Source: Octopus vulgaris (taxonomy: Eukaryota). From it: DNA of 64,000 bases. The first letter of the stretch is position 1, and every line of letters starts with the position of its first letter. The notes beneath the pieces were generated by a model that saw nothing but the letters and a program-made list of their open reading frames with translations, searched no databases and was not told the DNA's origin. The position numbers and the translations under genes were made by a program. The stretch is taken from assembly GCA_951406725.2 (NCBI GenBank), contig OX597820.1:35960001-36024000 (forward strand), given 5' to 3'. Positions 12,095-25,017 of the stretch are shown in pieces.

Positions 12095-15000
12095 GTAAGT
12101 TGGCCAAATAATAATGTGACAATCAAATATCTACTACAACTACCCCTTCACCCTTATTCGCTACATTCACCTCTGCACCCATCTCAAACCATCTGCTTCT
12201 CTCCTCTTGCACTCTAATGAACTTATCTGCCCACTTCCTGTGAAGGCACATGGCTCAGTGGTTAGAGCATCAGGCACACAATCATGTGGTAGTGAGTTGA
12301 ACCAGGTTGTGTGTTGTGTTCTTGAGCAAGACACTTTATTTCACATTCCTTCAGTTCACTCAGCTGTAGAAATGAGTTGCAGCATCACTAATGCCAAGCA
12401 GTATTGGCCTTTGCCTTTCCCTTGGATAACATTGGTGGCAGGAAGAGGGGAAGCTGGTATGCATGGGCGACTGCTGGTCTTCCATAAACAAACTTGCCCA
12501 GACCTGTTCCTTAGAGGGGAAACTTTCTAGGTGCAATTCCATAGTCATTCGTGACTGAAGGGAGTTTTTACTTTTACCCACTTCCTGATTCTTTGTCCGT
12601 GTTCTCTCTTGTGCTCACTTTCCATGGAAACATGTCCAGTCATCATGTCATTCATGTTTGAAGGACTAAGAGAAATATTACCTGTTGCCATCCCTCATTT
12701 CACAGATCATCAGACCTTGGGAATTTTCCCACAATGAATCTCATCTGACCCTTGCAGGGATGGAAAAGTAAACATTGAAAAGATCATGATGATGGGTCAA
12801 ATGTTTTTTTCTGATTTTGTAGTGGAATGTGAGATGGGTTACAACAAAGTAATTCTCCCTGATACTTTTTATTGTAGATATGTCATGCAATGTTGGTTGG
12901 TTTCTAATCAATCCTTCATAGTTAATTACAATGCTCAGTAAATAATATATTAGCAATGTATAAGATTTCTTAAAATATGATAATTTAATAATCATATTTT
13001 ATGGCCTTGCAAGTTACTTGGTGACCCTGCCAGAGTGCTGGTGCCACTTAAAAAACATCCAGTCCACACTGTAAAGTGATTGGCATTTGGAAGGACATTC
13101 AATTGTAAAAACCATACCCAAATTGACCTCACCTGTGCAAGTGCCACGTAAAAAGCACTCAGCCCATTCTGTGGGGTGGTTGGTGCTAGGAAGGACATCT
13201 AGCCATAAAAAGTATGCCAAAACAGGCACAGAAGTATGGTGCAGTCTTCTGCATAGCCAGCTCCTGTCAAATTGTCCAACCCATGCCAGCATGGAAGTAG
13301 AATGTTAAACGATGATGATGAGCTTATAAAGAGAGTAAGTTTGCAATAGAATCCAAAGAAACTAAGGCGGCGAGCTGGCAGAAACATTAGCACGACGGGC
13401 AAAATGCTTAGCAGTATTTCATCTGCCGCTATGTTCTGAGTTCAAATTCCACCAAGGTCGACTTTGCCTTTCATCCTTTCAGAGTCAATTAAATAATTAC
13501 CAGTTATGCACTGGGGCCGATATAATCGACTTAATCCGTTTGTCCCCTCTGTGTGTAGCCTTATGTGGTCAGTAAAGAAACAAAAAACTAGAGAAAACTT
13601 GTGTCAGCTAATGGAGAGTACAAATGATTGGTTCTGACATAGGCAGGAAATTTGGAACTGGGAAATTAGTCAATTAACCTTTTTGATACCAACCCACCTA
13701 AGGTCCCACTCCCCTAGTTCCTGTTTTAAAGTGATCTAATTTAAACCTCACATCATTTCATTTTATGTTCCAAACACCACCTTAATAACAACAAAGTTAT
13801 TTTACTAAATTCTAAATTTATTGATACCAACACACATAAAAGTGCTTCTGGTTCTTTAATATAAATTTCATGTTTTAAAGTGATCTGATTAAAACCTTTC
13901 ATCAAAATTTCATGTTAATTTGTTGTAAACACCAAGTGCCTCAATGAATTCCATCCAGCCCCTGCAAACATTGCAAATTATTATCATCATCATCATTTAA
14001 CATCCATTTTCCATGCTAGCATGGGTTGGACAGTTTGATAGGAGCTGGCCAGCTGGAGAGTTGCCTGGGCTCCATGTTTGTTTTGGCATTGTTTCTCTGG
14101 CTGGATGCTCTTCCTAATGCCAGCCACTTTACAGAATGTACTGGGTGCTTTTACGTGGAACCAAAACAAGTGCTTTTTACATAGCACTGACATCCACAAG
14201 CCTGCAAGATTTAGAACACTCGGCTGAAAAGGGAGGAATGCAGGGGACATACCTGTATGCAAGAACAACCACATATTTACTTAGCTTGACTTGTCTTCTC
14301 TAGTACACCAAACTGCCAGAAGTCTTGGTCCCCTATCATCCCCTCTGTGAGGCCCAACATCTGAAGATGCTTTCTCACCACTTCATCCCGTGTCTTCCTG
14401 GGCATACCACTTCCACACATTCCCTCCACAATTAGAGCTCAGTACTTCTTGATGCGACTATCTTCATTCAAAGTGTACATTAAAATGATGGTATGTGTGT
14501 GTGGTTTTTATTCAGAAAGGAATCTTTTATATTTCTTTGACTAACTGTACTGCCATATTGTCGCAAATCTAAAATTTCTACCCTTTTCACTACCTTTGGT
14601 TCTGTTCTTCAGGAAACGGCATAAATTCTCCTATGTTGAAGACGTCAAAATGCTGAAATATATCATGACAGAAAACAGATATGATGAGATTAAAGGCATT
14701 GCCCTCTGGAAAACCATGGAAATATTAGAGGTAAGCCCTTTTCTCCTCACATTTATTTTCCTTTGTTCATTTGTTTGATTTTTTTACCATGCCAGCATGA
14801 GTATAGACAAAGATTTATTTGATTCAGGATTTTACTGTCACTTCTCAACCATATGGTTTTGATTTCAGTTCTACTGCATGGCACCTTAGGCAAGTGTCAT
14901 TTACTGTAGTGTTCAGGCCAACCAAAGCCTTGTGAGTGGATTTAGTAGATGGAAACTAAAAGAAGCCCTAAACTAAAAAGGCAGCGAGCTGACAGAAACA

Positions 15001-18000
15001 TTAGCATGCCGGGCGAAATGCTGAGCAATATTTCGTCTGTCTTTACATTCTGAGTTCAAATTCCGCCGAGGTCGATTTTGCCTTTCATCTTTTCAGGGTT
15101 GATAAATTAAGTACCAGTTACACACTGGGATCGATGTAATCTACTTAATCCCTTTGTCTGTCCTTGTTTGTCCCCTCTATGTTTAGCCCCTTGTGGGCAA
15201 TAAAGAAATAGGAAACTAAAAGAAGCCCATTGTATGTATGTATATGTGTATATGTTTTTGTCTCCTTATCTTGACATTATGTGATTGCTGTAAATGAGTG
15301 TTGCTGTCATACAAGCAGTGCGATACATTTCTCATATTCTGCAGAAACAATATCTGGCCATCGGAAAATATTACCTTGCTTGGGAAAAGTTAGAGTTGAT
15401 GATATTTATGAGATACTGACTTACAACCAGAAGAAAACCAGATTAAATTCTCAAACCTCTATTATTGCCTACCTGATCGGTAATGTGGACTCATAATTAG
15501 GGTACTCAAAGAAATTGTTATAGAGTGACTTTATATTAAGAGAGTAGAGAGAGTGGAAAACCTATTAAGTTGATAAATCCTAGATGACTGGTTGACAATT
15601 CACATCCCGTATACCAGTGTTCTTCTTTGTCCCACACAAGATCAAAGCACTAAATCTTCATTGGCTCAATTCGGTTAACTGTTAATAGTTATTGATAAGC
15701 TATGGACACATAAGAGGTGCAGCAATGTCAAAGGTAGGCTAACTGGGAAGATAGTTTTTGTATGTGGCAGGTGCTCTGGAGCATTGACCTCCGAAAATCT
15801 GCAGAAAACAACTTCTGTCACTTTCCGGGGGAAAAACTAGAAGTAGTTGATAGCTTCCGCTATCTAGGTGACCAAGTCAGTAGTGGGGGTGGGTGCGCTG
15901 AAAGTGTAACTGCTAGAATAAGAATAGCCTGGGCAAAGTTTAGGGAGCTCTTACCTCTGCTGGTGACTAAAGGCCTCTCGCTCAGAGTAAAAGGCAGACT
16001 GTATGATGCATGTGTACGAACAGCTATGCTACATGGCAGTGAAACATGGGCCGTGACTGCTGAGGACATGCGTAAGCTCGTGAGGAACGAAGCCAGTATG
16101 CTCCGATGGATGTGTAATGTCAGTGTACTTACTCGACAGAGCGTTAGTACCTTGAGAGAAATGTTGTACCTAAGAAGCATCAGTTGTTGTGTGCAAGAGA
16201 GACGATTGCGCTGGTATGGTCATGTGGCGAGAATGGATGAAGATAGGTGTGTGAGAAAGTGCCAATCCATAGCAGTTGAGGGAACCCGTGGAAGAGGTAG
16301 ACCCAGGAAAACCTGGGACGAGGTGGTGAAGCACGACCTTCGGACGTTAGGTCTCACCATGGAAATGACTAGAGACCGAGACCTATGGAAGTATGCTGTG
16401 CGTGAGAAGACCCGGCAAGACTAGTGAAGCCATAATCCGTGGCCCCTACCTGGGACGTAGTCAGTCCACCTGTGCATACCTTCCTTCTTGTGACACTTGT
16501 GAAGACCTGTTGAGGCAAGTGAGAATCGAATCGTATCGAATCAAATCGAACCAAATCAAAATAGATGAACATCAATGGAATTTGTATCCTTGTGGTACCA
16601 GTGCCGGTGGCACATAAGAAAACCATCCGAACGTGACCGTAGCCAGTACCGCAATGACTGGCCTCCGTGCTGAGGGCACGTAACAAACACCATCCGAGCG
16701 TGGCCGTCCGCCAGCCTCGTCTGGCACCTGTGTCGGTGACACATAAGAAAACACCATCCGAGCGTGGCCGTCTGCCAGCCTCGTCTGGCACCTGTGTCGG
16801 TGGCACATAAAAAACACCATCCGAGCGTGGCCGTCTGCCAGCCTCGTCTGGCACCTGTGTCGGTGGCACATAAAATCACCCACTACACTCTCGGAGTGGT
16901 TGGCGTTAGGAAGGGCATCCAGCTGTAGAAACACTGCCAGATCTGACTGGCCTGGTGCAGCCTTCGGGCTCCCCAGACCCCAGTTGAACCGTCCAACCCA
17001 TGCTAGCATGGAAAGCGGACGTTAAACGATGATGATGATGATGATGATGTGCTAAACGATGATGATGATGATGTGCTTATGAAGACCTTTTGAACCAAGT
17101 GAAATCGTAGTTGTGGCCAATGCCAGTGCCATCTGACTGGCACATAAAAAGCATCATTTGAGTGTTGGGCTTCCTGGAGTCAGTGGCAGGTGACCAAGAT
17201 CTTTGGTAATATACCATGCTTGTGTTCACCTGTCAAGCCAAGTGAGACAGTAGTCATGGCTGATGCCAGTGTCAGGTCAATGGCACATAAAATGCACCCT
17301 CTACACTCTCGGACTGACTAGCATTAGGAAGGGCATCCAGCTGTAGAAACCTTGCCAAGTCAGATTAGAACCTGGTGCAGCTTACCAGTTTTAACTCAAA
17401 CCATCCAACCCATGCCTGCATGGAAAGTGAACATTAAACAATGATGATGATGGCCATCCAGTCTTTAGGTGCCTCTTATGAAGTATCTGGACACAGTGCA
17501 CCTATTGTAAAACCAGGATACACATAGCATTGGCATTAATAAAAGAACACTACTTTTAAAAAGCAGTTGACTTAATCTAAAGAATCAACAACAAACAAAA
17601 GACTATGTCTGGCTGCTGCCAATGTGCCCACACCCTTACTAGTGCATCATAGTATCATTAAAAGGGTCAAAAACAAAATTCTCAATGTAATACCATCTAG
17701 TTTAATTGTTCAGTGTCTTAACCTCACACACACCTTTGGGTCTCAGAATAAAAGGAATTTCTCAATTCTACCTAATTTTGTACCTTGCCTATGTTTAAAC
17801 ATGTCTTACCCACTTCAACCCAATTTCTCCTACCCTTTCCCATATAATATGAGTAGTCATGTAGCAGCTCTACACCAACAAATATGATCTGCACATATAC
17901 CTATTTATATGAGTGTGTGTGTATACAAGTATCTATCTATCCATATATATATATCATCATCATCATCATCATTTCACATCCACTTTCCATGCTAGCATGG

Positions 18001-18311
18001 GTTGGACGGTTTCACTGACATCTGGCGAACCAGATGGCTGCACCAGGCTCCAATCTGATCTGGCAGAGTGTCTACAGCTAGATGCCCTTCCTAACACCAA
18101 CCACTCCGAGAGTGTAGTGGACGCTTTTACATGCCACCGGCACGAGGGCCAGTTTGGCGGTACTTGCAATGGCCACGCTCAAATGGTGTTTTTTACGTGC
18201 CATCTGCACAGGAGTCAGTCCATCGACACTGGCAACGGCCTCTCTCGAATGTTTTGCTCAAGTGCCAGCAGGGCGACACAGGTAAAGATCACGCACAAAT
18301 GGTGCTTTTTA

Positions 18312-18345
<34 letters not shown>

Positions 18346-18970
18346 TGCCAGTTTATCATATATCCAAAAGAGAAGCACACTCTAAAGTATAGAGCAGTAA
18401 TGTATTTATATCCAGTTATGTATATGTCCGGTCATAGAGTGACCAATGGTTTCACATTCATAAAGTGCTTAGCCCTGTGGATAATTCATCAGACTCTGAT
18501 GACAAAGGCTTTTTTTTTAATTCTACCTCTGAAGTTTGAAGAGCTATATGGCATTCGCCATTAGAGTCTGATGAGTCGTTCATTAGGCTAAGCACTTTAT
18601 GGATGCAAAACAATTGGTCACTCTATGACCAGACATATACTTATCTTCATATAAGCATATGTGTGTGTGTAACTATTTGGATTTTGGGTATGTCAATTAA
18701 AGCACATTCACCATTTGGACTACCTGGTGTCAACCACAGTAACACTATAATTTTCATTGGATCTACATCAAGAAATCTGCTGTGTTTGTTGAGTTTATAA
18801 TAGATAAGGGAAACAGAGATGAATTTAGTGATACAGCCTGCACTGATTGATGCAACACAACTGGATGAACAATATCCTAACCCCAAGGGGCAGCTGCAGG
18901 ATGGGTCAAAATGATCGTCGTGCTGAATGAAGATTTGTATTAAATCCATCTTCCATTTCCCTCATCAATT

Positions 18971-19038
<68 letters not shown>

Positions 19039-22000
19039 GTGTGTACATACATACATACATATACATATATATATATATATATATACAAGAATGCATCTAT
19101 ATGTGCATGTGTGTGAGGGTTCATGGCCTAGTGATTACAGTGTTACACTCACAATTACAAGATCTTGATTTCAATTCCTGGAGCGGGTGGTGCATTATGT
19201 TCTTCAGCAAAACGCTTTGTCTCCCGTTGCTCTACAATCACTTTGACACCTGGTGTGTGGTACACCATGCACCTGTTCAGACAACATCGATCTGATGTAG
19301 GGAATAAGCTAATGTACCACACAAACAAAACATTCATGCAGGTTGTTCAGCAAGAAACTGTAGAACTGTCTTTCTCAGACTATAGACTACCATCATGCTT
19401 TAACCACCTCATCATACTCTTTTACTTGTTTCAGTCATTTGACTGCGGCCATGCTGGAGCACCGCCTTTAGTCGAGCAAATCGACCCCGGGACTTATTCT
19501 TTGTAAGCCCAGTACTTATTCTATCGGTCTCTTTTGCCAAACCGCTAAGTGACGGGGACGTAAACACACCAGCATCGGTTGTCAAGCAATGCTAGGGGGA
19601 CAAACACAGACACACAAACATATACACACACACTTATATATATATATGCATATATACGACAGGCTTCTTTCAGTTTCCGTCTACCAAATCCACTCACAAG
19701 GCATTGGTCAGCCCGGGGCTATAGCAGAAGACACTTGCCCAAGATGCCATGCAGTGGGACTGAACCCAGAACCATGTGGTTGGTTAGCAAGCTACTTACC
19801 ACACAGCCACTCCTGTGCCTATCATATTTACTTATTAATGAGTTTTCTTCTAATTTTTAATTCCAGATCACTAGTCATACATCACAGTCGATGAAGTACC
19901 ATTTTCTTAACACAGTCGTCCCAAACTTACAGAAATATAACATAGATAAAAGTTGGGTCAACATTCTCTTCGAAACCTACCCTGAGCTAATTCAAGTTAC
20001 ACACCAAAAGAGTTTGGACACCTTACAGCAAAAGAACTATGTTCTACGGAGCTCAACTCCTACAAAAGCTGCAAATAAAGCTCTCAGTGAATGGAAGGAT
20101 CTTCAGAGTACAAAGAATTCATTGCAACAGAAACAAAAAGAAAAAGAAGAAGAAGAAGAAGAGATTTCTGAAGGTAGCAAAACTGAAGCAGCTGTCTCTG
20201 AAGATGAGTTGAATGATGATGAAGAACTGTCATCAAAACGGAAGCAGTTGTTAGAAAAGCTTAAACACCTGCGAAATGTCAAAGCCCAAAGGAGGTTGAG
20301 CACCTCGGAATCTGAGATTGAAGGTGAGATATTTATCTTTCTTGTCATCCTTTCTTTATGTTCACTTCTTTTTTGCTGGCAGGGGTTGGACAAGAAATCT
20401 TCAGGCAGTAATATTCTATGGCTAGATGCTTCTCCCTAGGTAAGGAACATTATTCACTGTGAGACATTTTGTATAAGCAGGATATAACCATATTTTTGAT
20501 AGTTTCCTATATTGCAAAAGTTTTTTTTTTCCCTCCCCACCACCACCACAACAAGAAATACCAGTCTTTTTCTATTTTTTGGACCCCATGACTTTTAAAG
20601 AATAGATGTTTCCCTGGTCTAAAAGCAAAAGTGTGTTGGTATTTTGGTGAGCCATTATTTTATAGCTCTCCATGTTGTACACGCACTAATTCTTGAGCTC
20701 TATGAGCTGCACAAGAAATAGCTTTCATTAAAACATGTGTGAATAATGTCACTTTATTGCTAGGAAATCCTTTGGGACATCATTACGTATCCATCTGCAT
20801 GCTGTAAGGCCTTTACTGAATTCTATATCCTCAGACACAACCAGGACAAAATCAAATAGAATGAAGAAGGCCAATATTTTACAGAATAGTAATTGTGTTT
20901 CATGCTTTTCTTAGTCTTTCTATCTTCTGTTAACATCATCATCAACATAATTGATCAACCAGTCCCAACCAGTCAGGATTCACAGAATGGGCTGTACAAT
21001 TCGTTCTTTCAATCTCTGAATAGAAAACGTGGCTCACAATACCTCCATTCAGGTTATTTGCCTGAGTCACCATCTCACCCTTGTATACCAATTTGTCATA
21101 AGATTACCCATTTATAGCCGAGTGAACTAGAACAACATGAAATGAAGGGTTTTGCTCAAGAACACAAAACGCAGCCGGTCTGGGGATTGAAGCCATGATC
21201 TCATGGTTGTGAGTGCCACACCCTAAATACCAGGCTATGTACCTTAACCCTTTTGATACCAACCCACCTGAGACCGCCTCAGGTTCTATGACATAAACTT
21301 ATTCTTTGAAAATGGTTTAAATTATAATTTTCTATCAAAATTTTATGCTAATTTGTTTTCAGACCCCCAGCTTAATAATGAGAAATTATCTTACTAAATT
21401 CTTCATTATCTTTAAAATAAATTGAAACAAAAGCAGCATATGTTGACAGAAATATGGTAACAAAAGGGTTAACACATTATTGGATAGCTGTCGACTCTCT
21501 TGAGTTCCTCTGTCTTTTGATAGTTTCTGTTTTTCATCCCACAGGATGTCCAGTAAGTCACCCTCCTCACCAAGCAAGCTAGTTTAGTAACCAATGACCC
21601 AAGCATATAACAGGTTGTACTGGGTTACATGTTACCAGTAGTAACCGAGAGCAACCAGTTAAGAGTTTGAAACACCTAAGTAGTTAATGGTCATGTTTTT
21701 CTTCATGTTAAAGAGGAATTTAAATATAATATTGAGGGTCCCACTAAATAGTCAGACTGGATTCTTTATAGCACTTAGTCAACACTCTACTGTTTGCTTA
21801 TTGTTGTCATTTTTTGGTGATGGGAGGAGCATCTGGCCAAACAATATCTGCCTCAGTGAATTCCATCTGACCCATGCAGGCATGGAAATGTGGACATTAA
21901 GAGTGCCTGCAACTTGAAACCTTTTAGCTCTTAGTACAGTGAAAATTTCATTGTGCTGTGTTTAGTCAGAATTAAATTTCATTGTGCTGTGTTTAGTCAG

Positions 22001-23433
22001 AATTAAATTTCAATAGGTTAATGTACTTGTCCTACCATTCCATGCTCTCCACTCATTTGCATGCATAAGAAAAACAGAAATTTCTTTTTTATATATATGC
22101 ATCATTCTGTAAGAATCAAAAGTATCAAGAATATGATTTTATGGTATGACGCCATCCTTTTTTTTTTTGGTGAGTGATATTTTTGTTGTACTATTGCTTG
22201 TTTTGTGTGTCTTTTGAACACTTTGTTTGACTTGTTTTGCTGCCTTATGGCAGACTGTTGACGCTTCCCCACTTCAAAGAATGATGCAATATGAAGACTT
22301 CACCTCCTCGGAGCTAACATCTTCTGAGGAGGAGCTGTTGAAGTCGATTGATAAAATGGATGAACGGCTGAAGAAGGGGAACTTTGCAGTTGTTGCAAGG
22401 AGCCACAATAGTGAGGTTGATTTATCGGTGCTAAAGAATTATAAGAATAAGCTGAGTAGAGAGGGATATGATGTAAAGGAGACCCTCCTCAAGAAATGAT
22501 AATTGACACAAAGGAGAGAACAATAATTTATAGAACCTATTCTACAGAAGCAGGGAAGGTAGAAATAATGACAATGACACAGACTGAAAAGGCATTAAAA
22601 TCAGTCTGGCAAGAAATCATGTATCTTGCCAGAGGAATGAAATATGGGACAGTGGAGGTGCGTTTCTGAGAGGTGGCTATTTCCGTGCTACACTCAGCAA
22701 CCCCATTAAAAACTGAAGAAGTGGTTCTTCTACCCACATACCTTGGGAGGCATGCTTCCAGGGTGAGGGCAGAAGGTATGCCACCGGAAATTGATGTAGC
22801 CTGGATAGTAGCCACTATACTACTCAGAAACGAAGAAAAAATAATGGTTCTCCAGGCCACAAAAACAGCATACAAAAGTTAGAAAGGACAGACCCTGGAT
22901 ATGATTATCCAAGGGTCACCAAAAAATATAGAAAATTTGACCAAAACTATCACGCAGATCGAAGTAAGGTATAAATGAAGCCACTTGGAGGTGGGGCCAA
23001 AAAGCTTCATTCCATTTTTCATTTCCATCTCATCTTGCTGTCATATGTTTTTGGGGTTTTTTTTTGTTTCTTGTCCCTTCTCTGTTGGCCTCTTGTGGGT
23101 AATAAAAAATCAAGTATCAAGAATGTGATTTTATGAGGATACCTTTCCTGATGAAGGATATGTTGTCCTCATGGTTTTTAAGATTTATTAATTTTTCTAC
23201 CAGGACGTGAACTCTAGAAACGGTCATTGAAAGTGAACCTCCTCGAACTGTATTATATACCCTATATACCATTTATATTTTTAAAAACCACACCAAACTC
23301 TATGGATCTTTTAATCAAAACTCTTAACCGCACTTAATTTCAGTACAAAAAAATTTTTTTCAGTCCTCTTTTTCTCACACTTCCTTCCATACATATCCCA
23401 CATGGGTTTTAATTTATATGTATTTTTATATAC

Positions 23434-23475
<42 letters not shown>

Positions 23476-24985
23476 TTTATATATATTTTTTAAAATATTC
23501 ATATGTGTCGATACTTATTAATACACATTTTAAGTCGAATTTATAAATGTATGAGTATGGTTACCTAATTTGAGTTTATATCTTAATTCGTAGCTTTTGT
23601 ATCGGGTTCCTCTCGAGCACTTCTTTTTAACAGTTCTATATATTCTATATATACAGAAAGAACATTAATAATATTATATACATATATATATATATGTTCA
23701 TGCATATGTATGTAGTTACATACATCTTATATATGTGTATATGTATATATATATGTGGCCCCAACCTGGGACGTAGTCAGTCCACCTGTGCATACCTTCC
23801 TTCTTGTGACACTTGTGAAGACCTTTTGAGGCAAGTGAAAGTGAAAATCAAAATAAAATAGATGAACATCAATGGAATTTGTATCTTTATGGTACCAGTG
23901 CCGGTGGCACACAAGAAAACCATCCGAACGTGGCCGTAGCCAGTACCGCATCAACTGGCCTCCGTGCTGTGGGCACGTAAGAAACACCATCCGATCATGT
24001 CCGTTCGCCAGCCTCATCAGGCACCTGTGTCGGTGGCACATAAAAACACCATCTGAAGACCCGGCAAGACTAGTCAGGCCATAACCCGTGGCCCCTACCT
24101 GGGACGTAGTCAGTCCGCCTGTGCATACCTTCCTTCTTGTGACACTTGTGAAGACCTGATGAGGCAAGTGATCAAATCAAAACAAATCAAAATAGATGAA
24201 CATCAATGGAATTTGTATCTTTGTGGTACCAGTACCGGTGGCACACAAGAAAACCATCCGAACGTGGCCGTAGCCAGTACCGCATCGACTGGCCTCCGTG
24301 CTGTGGGCACGTAACAAACACCATCCATCTGGCACCTGTGTCGGAGACACATAAAAACATCATCCGAAGACCCGGCAAGACTAGTCAGGCCATAACCCGT
24401 GGCCCCTACCTGGGACGTTGTCATTTCACCTGTGCATACCTTCCTTCCTTCTTGTGACACTTGTGAAGACCTGTTGAGGCAAGTGAAAATCAAATCAAAT
24501 CAAATCAAACTAGATGAACATCAATGGAATTTGTATCTTTGCGGTACCAGTGCCGGTGGCACACAAGAAAACCATCCGAACGTGGCCGTAGCCAGTACCG
24601 CATCGACTGGCTTCCGTGCTGTGTCACGTAAGAAACACCATCTGATCGTGGCCGTTCGTCAGCCTCGTCTGGCACCTGTGTCGGTGGCACATAAAAACAC
24701 CATCCGAGCGTGGCCGTTCGCCAGCCTCGTCTGGCACCTGTGTCGGTGGCACATAAAAACACCATCCGAGCGTGGCCGTTCGCCAGCCTCGTCTGGCACC
24801 TGTGTCGGTGGCACATAAAATCACCCACTACACTCTCGGAGTGGTTGGCGTTAGGAAGGGCATCCAGCTGTAGAAACACTGCCAGATCTGACTGGCCTGG
24901 TGCAGCCTTCGGGCTCCCCAGACCCCAGTTGAACCGTCCAACCCATGCTAGCATGGAAAGCGGACGTTAAATGATGATGATGATG

Positions 24986-25017
<32 letters not shown>

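Noticed and set aside
16680-16875. Regularly spaced direct repeats resembling a CRISPR array (also 38545-38895)
   Set aside because: There are no unique spacers and no cas genes; these are eukaryotic tandem repeats
16369-17009. Recurrent '[24 protein letters not shown]...' ORFs (also 24505, 52579, 61787) resembling a gene family
   Set aside because: They are antisense readings of the RTE 3'UTR repeat
18490-18580. CTGATGA motifs as a hammerhead or snoRNA box (also 23149)
   Set aside because: No correctly placed GAAA or stem III; at 18490-18580 they are explained by the arms of a fold-back MITE
21943-22012. 31-bp tandem duplication
   Set aside because: Simple local slippage duplication with no sign of function
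22227-22882. ORFs 22227-22499 and 22673-22882 as extra exons of the Rap1 gene
   Set aside because: In-frame stops, similarity to Tx1 ORF1 and flanking direct repeats indicate a retroelement; the Rap1 phases close without them
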